A stretch of 24,665 nucleotides of DNA from Fidelibacterota bacterium (GTDB taxonomy: Bacteria > Fidelibacterota > Marinisomatia > Marinisomatales > S15-B10): assembly GCA_002729175.1 (NCBI GenBank), contig PBTS01000017.1:1-24665 (forward strand), in the 5' to 3' direction. Positions 8,646 through 17,170 of the stretch are shown here, one piece after another. The stretch's first letter is position 1, and the number at the start of each line of letters is the position of its first letter. Under the pieces are notes generated by a model. It was given only the letters and a program-made list of their open reading frames with translations. It was not told where the DNA came from and did not search any database. The position numbers were made by a program, and so were the translations under genes.

Positions 8646-10136
8646 GTGATCCGAAGTAAGCTAATCATCACGTTAGGCATGATGCTGGCGGGCGTGTTGA
8701 GCGCAAGCACAGTATCCGTCTATTACCCCAACGATCCCGACAAGCGGGAGTCCATCAAGACCTTTGATACGGGTAACACAACCTATATTTCCGGCGCAGA
8801 TTTCGTACGTGTGCTCGATGCCGGTATTTTTAGCAATATAGCAAGAGGAAAGATTGTCATTTACTTCGGAGGTCACAGGATCAAAGTCTCCGCCCACAGC
8901 AGTTTCGTTGTGATAGATGATCATGTTTACCAGATGCCGTCCTACGCCCTTTCCGATGGTTCGGACATTTACCTCCCCATGCGGCCGTTCATAGCTATCC
9001 TCCACCGCCACGCCGCGCCGGGAGTCAGTTATGACACCGGCCTCAACAGTGTGGTGGTTGAGCTCATTACTCACAATATCAAGGATTTGAGTATTGAGGA
9101 AAAAGCCAACGGAACTGTCATCCGCCTAGCGTCAACTCGCCAGTTTGAGGATGGCTCACTTACCGGCTGGTCAGCGCAAAACAGATGGTTTTATCTCACT
9201 GTATCAGGCGGCATTGCCGATTCCGTCGCACTGCGGAAGGCAAAGTTGGGCGGTATCGTCCGAGGTATAACCGTTGATCAGACAGGTCGTTCAGTTCAAG
9301 TTGCGTTTCAGCTTAGAACTGAAATCGAGAACTTTGAAATCTATCAAAATAATGCCCCCAACGAGATTGTGCTGACACTGAGAACTCCCTTAAGCTACAG
9401 CGCCGAAAAAATCAAAAAACTGAGAGACGCCTGGTACATTGACACAATTGTCATAGATGCAGGTCACGGCGGGAAAGACCCCGGGACTACGGGCAAGTAT
9501 GGCCTGAGAGAAAAATTCGTCACACTTGATATTGCCAAGCGCCTCGGGAAGCTCATTGAGAAAAATACAAATGCAAAAGTAGTCTACACCAGAGACGAGG
9601 ACGTATTTATTCCTCTATGGGAGCGGACTAAGGTCGCAAATGAAAGTAACGGAAAGCTCTTTATCAGTATTCATGCTAACGCTAACAATAACAGACGTAT
9701 TAAAGGATTTGAAACATATATTTTGAGGCCAGGAAAAACAGCTGACGCTGTGGAAGTGGCTGAGCGTGAAAACAGTGCCATCAAACTTGAGGAGGAAGCA
9801 TCCCGGTACGATCACCTGACAGAAGACAGCTTTATCATTGCATCTCTAATGCAAAATGCCTTCATGAAAGAGAGTGAAGATCTGGCCGCTATGGTCCAGT
9901 CGGAATTGCGGAAAAGCATTCCCTCACCCGATCGTGGTGTGAAACAGGCTGGATTTTATGTTCTTATTGGCGCTTCTATGCCTCATGCGCTACTGGAAGT
10001 AGGTTACCTTTCAAATCCCCTTGAAGAAAAGCAACTCCGCAAGCCCGGTTACAGGCAGAGTATCGCACAAGCCACGTTCAACGGCCTCCGCAGCTTCAAG
10101 GACAAATATGAGCGCGTCCTAGCAGAAGAAGGCTAG
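8646..10136 (+). CDS. N-acetylmuramoyl-L-alanine amidase (Amidase_3, AmiC-like) with signal peptide and N-terminal targeting domains
   Basis: Zn motifs IDAGHGGKDPG, LREK, FISIHAN and LLEVGYLSN, plus VAERENS and RGVKQAGFYVL. Confidence 0.95.
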   Translation: MIRSKLIITLGMMLAGVLSASTVSVYYPNDPDKRESIKTFDTGNTTYISGADFVRVLDAGIFSNIARGKIVIYFGGHRIKVSAHSSFVVIDDHVYQMPSYALSDGSDIYLPMRPFIAILHRHAAPGVSYDTGLNSVVVELITHNIKDLSIEEKANGTVIRLASTRQFEDGSLTGWSAQNRWFYLTVSGGIADSVALRKAKLGGIVRGITVDQTGRSVQVAFQLRTEIENFEIYQNNAPNEIVLTLRTPLSYSAEKIKKLRDAWYIDTIVIDAGHGGKDPGTTGKYGLREKFVTLDIAKRLGKLIEKNTNAKVVYTRDEDVFIPLWERTKVANESNGKLFISIHANANNNRRIKGFETYILRPGKTADAVEVAERENSAIKLEEEASRYDHLTEDSFIIASLMQNAFMKESEDLAAMVQSELRKSIPSPDRGVKQAGFYVLIGASMPHALLEVGYLSNPLEEKQLRKPGYRQSIAQATFNGLRSFKDKYERVLAEEG

Positions 10137-10171
10137 GCCCTTTTCAGGCGTCTCGTCACCCAAGCTCCATC

Positions 10172-11446
10172 TTGTCTACTCTCGATAAAGCAACATTAGA
10201 TTATCTCTATTCTCTGCGGCGAAGGGGAATCAAGATAGGACTTCACCGTACAGAAATTTTACTGAAGCGGTGCGAAAATCCTCATCACAACCTCCCTGTC
10301 ATTCATATTGCAGGGACCAACGGAAAAGGGTCCACTGCTGTCATGACCGCTTCCATTCTCAGAGCAACGGGTCGGAAAGTGGGGCTCTACACATCTCCTC
10401 ACCTGGTGAGGTTCAATGAAAGAATTCGGGTCGGAGGAATCCCCATCCCCGATGAGTGGATTGTATCATTCCTGAAAAAATATCGTGTTGAGATTGACAC
10501 CCTCGGCTCCACCTTCTTTGAAACCACTACCGCCATAATGTTTAGCTACTTCGCTCATGAGGCGGTTGATATTGCAGTGGTAGAAGTTGGCATGGGCGGA
10601 CGGCTCGATTCCAGTAACGTTTCGGAATCTGTTGTTTCGGTACTTACTCCCATAGATTTTGACCATATGGAATTTCTCGGTGGTGATCTCCCATCTATTG
10701 CCAGGGAAAAGTGCGGAATATTTAAAAGGGACGTGCCGGTGGTAACGGCTCCTCAATACGAGAAAGTGATGTCTGTCATCAAATCATCCTCAAAAGAAAA
10801 GGGGTGTCCTCTCTTTTTGATATCAGAGGTGTGTCCAGTCACCGAAGCTATTCAAAAACCCGACGGTAGTCGTTTCGCCGTCGGCGAAACATCAATAGAT
10901 CTCCCTCTGTTTGGCAAACATCAGGTGATAAATGCACAGACCGCCATAGCGGCGTGTAGCCTCTTTGATCCCAAGATCGACGATGATGTTATAAAAACAG
11001 GACTGACAAAAGTTGTATGGCCAGGGAGACTTCAAAAACTAAGTGGTAATCCATTAGCTTATTATGATGTGGGACATAACCCTCACGGTATAAGCACCGC
11101 AGTCCGATCTCTGAGAGAGATTTTCCCCAAAGCTAATTTTGGCGCAGTTTGCGGATTCAAGAAAAATAAGGACCTCGACAGCATCACAACTGTGCTAAAA
11201 CAATATTTCAATCAGATCATCACTATTCAACCGAGCCACGCCGAATTTCACTCTGCCGAAACAGTAGCTTCTTTTTTGAAAAAAGTGGGTATTCCTGCTG
11301 AAGCTTGTCAATCTGTTACTGAAGGTCTTAGGCGGTGCAAAGCGGGAAATGAGAGCTTGGACCTGTGGTTAATTTTCGGTACACACTTTATAGCGGAGGA
11401 TGTATTCAGCTTTTTTCATTTTCCCTTTGACAAAGGCGAGATTTAG
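10172..11446 (+). CDS. folC: Bifunctional folylpolyglutamate/dihydrofolate synthase, TTG start
   Basis: HIAGTNGKGS, YTSPHL..FNERI, EVGMGGRLDSSN, IAREKCGI, WPGRLQ and DVGHN. Confidence 0.96.
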   Translation: MSTLDKATLDYLYSLRRRGIKIGLHRTEILLKRCENPHHNLPVIHIAGTNGKGSTAVMTASILRATGRKVGLYTSPHLVRFNERIRVGGIPIPDEWIVSFLKKYRVEIDTLGSTFFETTTAIMFSYFAHEAVDIAVVEVGMGGRLDSSNVSESVVSVLTPIDFDHMEFLGGDLPSIAREKCGIFKRDVPVVTAPQYEKVMSVIKSSSKEKGCPLFLISEVCPVTEAIQKPDGSRFAVGETSIDLPLFGKHQVINAQTAIAACSLFDPKIDDDVIKTGLTKVVWPGRLQKLSGNPLAYYDVGHNPHGISTAVRSLREIFPKANFGAVCGFKKNKDLDSITTVLKQYFNQIITIQPSHAEFHSAETVASFLKKVGIPAEACQSVTEGLRRCKAGNESLDLWLIFGTHFIAEDVFSFFHFPFDKGEI

Positions 11447-11454
11447 TCTAAATT
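11427..11454 (+). promoter_or_regulatory. Putative sigma70 promoter of rho, TTGACA-N16-TAAATT, overlapping the folC 3' end
   Basis: Consensus -35 at 11427-11432 and -10 at 11449-11454, about 90 nt upstream of the rho ATG. Confidence 0.65.
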
Positions 11455-11544
11455 GAAATAGAGGCTGCCTTTTTTCAAGGTCTTTATAACTGCCTGATTC
11501 ATAGAATCTCAGTAATTCTAACAATTAATTAACGATTTATTCCC

Positions 11545-12792
11545 ATGGATGTAACACAGTTACAGGGCCAGAAGATCAAGGACTTAACCAAGCTCGCTCA
11601 AGAGATGGAAGTCCCCGGTTATTCCGGTCTGAAAAAACAGGAATTGATCATGCGCATTCTCGAGACCAGTGCCGAGAAAGAGGGGAAACTGTTTGCTTCT
11701 GGTGTTCTCGAAGTGATGCAGGAGGGGTACGGTTTCTTGCGATCGCAGGATTATAATTACCTCCCGGGGCCAGATGACATTTACGTCTCCCCTTCCCAGA
11801 TAAAAAGGTTCAATCTCCGCACAGGTCATCAGGTGGCTGGACAGATACGCCATCCCAAAGATAACGAACGTTTCTACGCCCTACTTAAAGTTGAAACGGT
11901 GAACGGCGAGGGACCGGATCAAGTCAAAAAAGCCATTCTGTTTGACAACCTCACACCACTCTACCCTGAGGAGCGAATAAAGCTTGAAGGGAAGCCGAAA
12001 GGATTTTCTATGCGGATACTTGATCTTATGTCACCTATCGGCAAAGGTCAGAGAGGACTAATTGTCGCCCAACCAAAGACAGGTAAAACAATTCTTCTAC
12101 AAAAAATTGCCAATACAACGCTTGAGAACCATCCTGAAGTTAAAATTATTGTGCTGCTCATTGCGGAGCGGCCGGAAGAAGTGACAGATATGGAGAGAAG
12201 CGTTGATGCAGAAGTGGTAAGCTCCACTTTTGATGAACCGCCAGAACGGCACGTTCAAGTGGCGGACATGGCTTTGGAAAAGGCCAAACGGATGGTAGAG
12301 TACGGCCATGATGTGATGATACTTCTTGACAGTATCACCCGCCTCGGCCGTGCACACAATGCGATAATCCCTCACAGCGGAAAAATCCTTTCAGGTGGTG
12401 TAGATGCCAATGCGCTTCACCGTCCCAGACGCCTCTTCGGAGCAGCCCGGAACACCGAAGAAGGAGGAAGTCTCACAATTATTGCAACAGCACTCATTGA
12501 TACGGGCAGTAGAATGGATGATGTCATTTTTGAAGAGTTTAAGGGTACCGGTAATATGGAACTCGTTCTAGACCGCCGCCTCAGTGACCGTCGCCTGTTC
12601 CCCTCCTTTGACCTTATACGTTCAGGGACACGGAAAGAAGAACTGTTACTTTCCAAAAAAGAACTTGCAAGAGTTTGGATTCTTAGAAAGATTTTAAATG
12701 ACATGACACCCATAGAAGCAATGGAGTTTCTCCTCGATAGAATGAAGCGGACAGAAAATAACGAAGAATTTTTGGATACGATGAATAATTAA
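11545..12792 (+). CDS. rho: Transcription termination factor Rho (415 aa, no large N-terminal insertion)
   Basis: [47 protein letters not shown] and [13 protein letters not shown]. Confidence 0.99.
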   Translation: MDVTQLQGQKIKDLTKLAQEMEVPGYSGLKKQELIMRILETSAEKEGKLFASGVLEVMQEGYGFLRSQDYNYLPGPDDIYVSPSQIKRFNLRTGHQVAGQIRHPKDNERFYALLKVETVNGEGPDQVKKAILFDNLTPLYPEERIKLEGKPKGFSMRILDLMSPIGKGQRGLIVAQPKTGKTILLQKIANTTLENHPEVKIIVLLIAERPEEVTDMERSVDAEVVSSTFDEPPERHVQVADMALEKAKRMVEYGHDVMILLDSITRLGRAHNAIIPHSGKILSGGVDANALHRPRRLFGAARNTEEGGSLTIIATALIDTGSRMDDVIFEEFKGTGNMELVLDRRLSDRRLFPSFDLIRSGTRKEELLLSKKELARVWILRKILNDMTPIEAMEFLLDRMKRTENNEEFLDTMNN

Positions 12793-12799
12793 TCAATGT

Positions 12800-13708
12800 T
12801 TGTCAGTATACCGTCTTGTGTCTAAGGATCAATCTTATATAAAGTCAGTCGTAGTTCGCCTCTCCACCGATAAACCTGTTAGAAAAACGTCTTATCAGGT
12901 TAAGGGCGTTCTCATGAAAGAATTTCCGGACAATCCCATCATCCCATTTATCAACGGCTCTTACCGCAATAACTATCTGTATCCCCGAGTCCAAGTTAAG
13001 ATACTCAATGAACAGATTTATCTCATTGGAATCAAGGAAGGTGTTGAGCCCATTGAGTCCCTTGCTGAAAAACTGGACATTATGAACTTCGGCAATATCA
13101 CTTTCAAGGTCGAGGATGTGGTCACTGAAGTGAGCGATGATGGTTTGGGATCAACCGATAAGACAATCCAGTACAAATTTCTCACTCCGTGGATCGCCCT
13201 CAACCAGATTAATCTGAAACGCTATAAAGCGTTAACAGACAAAGATCGCTTAATACTGCTAAGACGTCTGCTGAGTCAAAATATCGCTTTCGTTGGAAAG
13301 GAGGTCGATCTCGCACTAGAAGAAAGAATTTTCGTAGATCTCAATCTGGAATCACTCCAGGCCAACTTGATGGATGAAGGAAAAATGGGCTGTTTTAACG
13401 GTGAATTCAGAACCAACTTTATTTTGCCAAACTTTATCGGCTTAGGAAACGGAATTACCAAGGGTTACGGTGTGCTCTTCAGTCAATTCAATTCGGCGGA
13501 CTTTTCCTCTGAAGAAACAGAACTGGCAAACAGCCAGTCTGACAATCAAGAAGTAGTGGGAGAATTGCCCGAAGGTTGGGAGGATGAAGCCATTGATCCG
13601 AATGACATCCCTCGAAGTAAACGGCTCAAAAAAACAGACACAGACAAAGAGCAAGAGACGGAAGGTCCTAACTTCAACACTGCCAAATATCACTCCAAGA
13701 CGCATTGA
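12800..13708 (+). CDS. cas6: Cas6b-family (RAMP) endoribonuclease-like protein, orphan, with a charged C-terminal extension; start is TTG 12800 or GTG 12818
   Basis: Cas6b-type motifs in order: YLYPRVQVK, LIGIKEG, GSTDKTIQYKFLTPWIALNQ, LRRLLSQNI, FNGEFRTNFILP and the G-rich loop IGLGNGITKGYG. Confidence 0.88.
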   Translation: MSVYRLVSKDQSYIKSVVVRLSTDKPVRKTSYQVKGVLMKEFPDNPIIPFINGSYRNNYLYPRVQVKILNEQIYLIGIKEGVEPIESLAEKLDIMNFGNITFKVEDVVTEVSDDGLGSTDKTIQYKFLTPWIALNQINLKRYKALTDKDRLILLRRLLSQNIAFVGKEVDLALEERIFVDLNLESLQANLMDEGKMGCFNGEFRTNFILPNFIGLGNGITKGYGVLFSQFNSADFSSEETELANSQSDNQEVVGELPEGWEDEAIDPNDIPRSKRLKKTDTDKEQETEGPNFNTAKYHSKTH

Positions 13709-13723
13709 TCTCGGCCAATCATT

Positions 13724-14908
13724 ATGATTGCTGAAAGAGTCCAGCGGATTCAGCCGTCTTTCACTTTGGAGATGACAGCGCGGGCCGCTGATTTAAGGAA
13801 TAACGGTGTAGATGTGATTGACCTTGGCGTCGGTGAACCCGATTTCAACACACCTGAAAATATCCGCCAAGCGGCCATCCGCGCCATGGCTGACGGTCAT
13901 ACAAAGTACACACCTGGAAGAGGAACACTTGAACTTCGCGAAGCGATATGTAAAAAACTGGAGCGCGACAATAATCTAGATTATACCCCAGATCAGATCA
14001 TTGTTTCAAACGGTGCCAAGCATTCCCTCAGCACTCTCTGTCAGGCTGCATTAAACCCGGGAGATGAAGTCATTGTCTTTGCACCCTACTGGGTTTCTTT
14101 TCCTGAATTTATCCGGCTGGCAGATGGAGAACCTGTCATCGTAAAAACTAGGACCGAGGACAATTTTTCTCCTGACTGGAATGATCTTGAATCAAAAGTC
14201 ACACCTAAGATTTCCGCAATAATTATTAACTCGCCTTCCAACCCGACGGGAGCAGTCTGGGACAAAGAAACAGTTACAAGGCTTCTTAAACTTGCCGCCA
14301 AACACGATTGGCTGGTGATCTCTGACGAATGCTACGAATTCCTCGTATATGATGCACCCTTCACAAGCACGGAGGTCTTAAATGAAGTAGGAGCCAATGT
14401 GGTAACGATTCAGAGTTTATCCAAGACTTACGCCATGACTGGATGGCGGATCGGATACGCGGCGGGAGATGCTGCAATCGTCAGCGCTATGGCGAAAATC
14501 CAGGGGCAGGCAACATCTTGCCCCAACTCAATTGCACAAAAAGCGGCCGTGGAGGCACTCACTGGTGATCAGACTGAAATTGAAACCATGCGCAATATTT
14601 TTGTGGAACGTCGGGATGCAATGATTAACCGCCTCAACACTGTTCCCAACTTTTCCTGCACCAAACCAGGGGGCGCATTCTATGCATTCCCCAATGTGAG
14701 TCACTACATAGGCCTAGCCGCTGATGGGAAGATAATCGACAGTTCTTTCGCCTTGAGTGATTATATTTTAGACTGTGCCAAGACGGTGACTGTAGCCGGT
14801 TCCGGCTTCGGATCAGAGGGCTACATTAGGCTCTCGTACGCCACCGACGAGTCAGTTTTTTTGGAAGGCATCAACAAGCTTGAAAAAGCGTTAAGTAATC
14901 TGAATTAG
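13724..14908 (+). CDS. Class I PLP-dependent aminotransferase (aspartate aminotransferase, subgroup Ib)
   Basis: GVGEPDF, NSPSNPTG, SDECYE, the PLP-lysine motif SLSKTYAMTGWRIGY, GAFY and IRLSYA. Confidence 0.95.
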   Translation: MIAERVQRIQPSFTLEMTARAADLRNNGVDVIDLGVGEPDFNTPENIRQAAIRAMADGHTKYTPGRGTLELREAICKKLERDNNLDYTPDQIIVSNGAKHSLSTLCQAALNPGDEVIVFAPYWVSFPEFIRLADGEPVIVKTRTEDNFSPDWNDLESKVTPKISAIIINSPSNPTGAVWDKETVTRLLKLAAKHDWLVISDECYEFLVYDAPFTSTEVLNEVGANVVTIQSLSKTYAMTGWRIGYAAGDAAIVSAMAKIQGQATSCPNSIAQKAAVEALTGDQTEIETMRNIFVERRDAMINRLNTVPNFSCTKPGGAFYAFPNVSHYIGLAADGKIIDSSFALSDYILDCAKTVTVAGSGFGSEGYIRLSYATDESVFLEGINKLEKALSNLN

Positions 14909-14917
14909 AGGAATAAA

Positions 14918-15136
14918 ATGAAAACTGGGATTCATCCTGAATATACGCTCGGTACAGTGACCTGCGCATGTGGAAACAGATTCCAAGTGCGAAGTACCGT
15001 GGGCGATATGCGAGTGGAAATCTGCTCCGCATGCCACCCATTTTTCTCCGGTCAGCAAAAACTGGTTGACACCGCCGGCCGTATCGAAAAATTCAAAAAG
15101 AAATATGGAAAGCTGAACGCCAAAGGCGAACAGTAA
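14918..15136 (+). CDS. rpmE: 50S ribosomal protein L31 (Zn-binding type A)
   Basis: [21 protein letters not shown] and DTAGRIEKF, with an SD-like GAGGA upstream. Confidence 0.98.
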   Translation: MKTGIHPEYTLGTVTCACGNRFQVRSTVGDMRVEICSACHPFFSGQQKLVDTAGRIEKFKKKYGKLNAKGEQ

Positions 15137-15148
15137 CCAAACAAACAC

Positions 15149-15196
15149 AACGGTTTCTAGCGTCATCGGATAGAGATGGCCGGGAACCGTTTTTTT
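15149..15196 (+). terminator. Long hairpin plus U-tract (intrinsic terminator or attenuator) between rpmE and prfA
   Basis: AACGGTTTCT-AGC-GTCATC pairs with GATGGC-C-GGGAACCGTT around the loop GGATAGA, followed by T7 (15190-15196). Confidence 0.75.
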
Positions 15197-15212
15197 ATGC
15201 CCGAGAACTTCT

Positions 15213-16283
15213 ATGAAAGATAAAGTCAAACAGATCATTGAAAGATACGAAACTGTTACTGAACAGCTAGCTAAACCAGAAATTGCGTCTGATCCGGATA
15301 GATACCGCGACCTGGCGAAAGAACATCACGATCTGGACCCTGTAGCCAAAAAAGGGAGCGAGTATATCAATATAACGGATCAAATTGATGAAGATGAAGC
15401 TGTTCTGAAAGGTGACGATGAAGAATTGAAAGAACTAGTTCAAGAGGAGATTGAAGGATTAAGAGACGAAGCCCTGAAGCTGGAAGAAGAACTAAAGGTC
15501 CTTCTGCTACCTAAAGATCCACTGGATGAAAAAAATACCATCATGGAGATCCGGGCTGGCACGGGCGGTGAAGAAGCAGCCCTTTTTGCAGCTGATCTTT
15601 ATCGCATGTATGGCCATTTTGCGGAGCAAAACGGATGGGACATCAAACTGATTGCGGCAAATGTAACGGGAAACGGCGGTTACAAAGAGGTGATCTGCGC
15701 CTTCAAAGGTGACACTATTTTTGGTAAACTGAAATATGAGGGGGGCGTACATCGGGTGCAGCGTGTTCCCGCAACAGAGGCCAGCGGGCGCATCCACACA
15801 TCTGCCGCTACTGTCGCCGTCCTGCCGGAAGCTGATGAGGTCGATATTAAAATCAATACACAAGACTTGCGTATCGATACCTTTCGGGCGTCAGGAGCAG
15901 GTGGCCAGCATGTGAATAAGACAGAGTCAGCTATCAGGATTACTCACATTCCCACCGATACAGTGGTCACCTGTCAGGATGAAAAATCTCAGCACAAAAA
16001 TCGCGTGGCGGCAATGAAAGTTTTAAGATCCCGCCTTCTGGCTCGTGAGCGGAAAAAACAGCAGTCAGAGCGAGCGGAGGCAAGAAAAACCATGGTGTCC
16101 ACAGGAGATCGGAGTGCAAAGATCCGAACTTACAATTTTCCTCAAGGGCGAGTGACAGATCACCGCATAGAATTGACCCTTTACAAACTTGAGGAGATTA
16201 TGAACGGTGACCTCACCGAGCTCATCGAACAACTGAAAATTGCTGATCAGTTAGAGCAGTTAAAAGCGGAAAATCTCAGTTGA
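15213..16283 (+). CDS. prfA: Peptide chain release factor 1
   Basis: [11 protein letters not shown], the PxT motif [14 protein letters not shown] and [15 protein letters not shown]. Confidence 0.99.
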   Translation: MKDKVKQIIERYETVTEQLAKPEIASDPDRYRDLAKEHHDLDPVAKKGSEYINITDQIDEDEAVLKGDDEELKELVQEEIEGLRDEALKLEEELKVLLLPKDPLDEKNTIMEIRAGTGGEEAALFAADLYRMYGHFAEQNGWDIKLIAANVTGNGGYKEVICAFKGDTIFGKLKYEGGVHRVQRVPATEASGRIHTSAATVAVLPEADEVDIKINTQDLRIDTFRASGAGGQHVNKTESAIRITHIPTDTVVTCQDEKSQHKNRVAAMKVLRSRLLARERKKQQSERAEARKTMVSTGDRSAKIRTYNFPQGRVTDHRIELTLYKLEEIMNGDLTELIEQLKIADQLEQLKAENLS

Positions 16284-17170
16284 CAAACCTGCCTCTACCC
16301 GCCACTGTTCAGGAAAACTCCACAGTGCAACGGGTTTTGGAAGAAAGTGTAAGATTGCTGACTGATGCAAGAACTGACGCACCGAAAGCTCAGGCGGAAT
16401 GGCTTCTCCTCTCTCTCCTCAAACTTTCCAGATCTCAGCTCCACCTGGAAGCAGATCACCGCTGCCTCACCCACCAACAAAAAAAGATCTTTAAAGACTG
16501 GCTGAGACGTTCTGCTGCCGGTGAACCGGTTCAGTATATAACAGGTGAAACGGAATTTTTTGGTCTACCGTTCACTCTTACCGGGGATGTCCTTATACCG
16601 CGGCCCGAAACAGAGCGACTGGTTGAAATTGCAATTAATGAAGCAAATGAAAGCAAAGAATTTTCCATATTGGACATAGGTACGGGTTGCGGCTCTATTG
16701 CCGTCAGTCTCGCCCACTCACTTAAAGAGATTTCTGTCACGGCAACTGACAATAACAGAAGTGCCCTGAAGGTAGCACAACTGAACGCTAAGAAAAACGG
16801 CGTCGCTTCAAGGATTCAGTTCATCGATCATGACATTTTGAACGATGAGGTAGAAAATTGTTTTGATATCATCATCAGCAATCCGCCTTACGTACCGCTG
16901 AATGAATATAAAGCACTTCAGGATAATGTCCGGTGTTTTGAACCGAGAGAGGCATTGACAGAAGACGCTGACGGTTTAACTTTCTACAGAAGCTTTGCCG
17001 CCAAAGGGAAAAACTGGCTCCGGGAAGGCGGAATGATGATTTTGGAGGTGGGCTGTGGTAAACACCCATTACACGCCAAGGAACTATTTGAGTCAGCAGG
17101 GTGGACTAAGGTTGAGCTTTTTAAAGACTACAACGGAGACCTGAGAGTGCTGAAAGCAAAGAGATCATGA
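16280..17170 (+). CDS. prmC: Release factor glutamine methyltransferase
   Basis: [26 protein letters not shown] and SNPPY; overlaps the prfA stop by 4 nt. Confidence 0.97.
   Translation: MTNLPLPATVQENSTVQRVLEESVRLLTDARTDAPKAQAEWLLLSLLKLSRSQLHLEADHRCLTHQQKKIFKDWLRRSAAGEPVQYITGETEFFGLPFTLTGDVLIPRPETERLVEIAINEANESKEFSILDIGTGCGSIAVSLAHSLKEISVTATDNNRSALKVAQLNAKKNGVASRIQFIDHDILNDEVENCFDIIISNPPYVPLNEYKALQDNVRCFEPREALTEDADGLTFYRSFAAKGKNWLREGGMMILEVGCGKHPLHAKELFESAGWTKVELFKDYNGDLRVLKAKRS

Noticed and set aside
11461..11476. GAGGCTGCCTTTTTT as an intrinsic attenuator in the rho leader
   Set aside because: The stem is only about 4 bp with a 3-nt loop, too weak to call.
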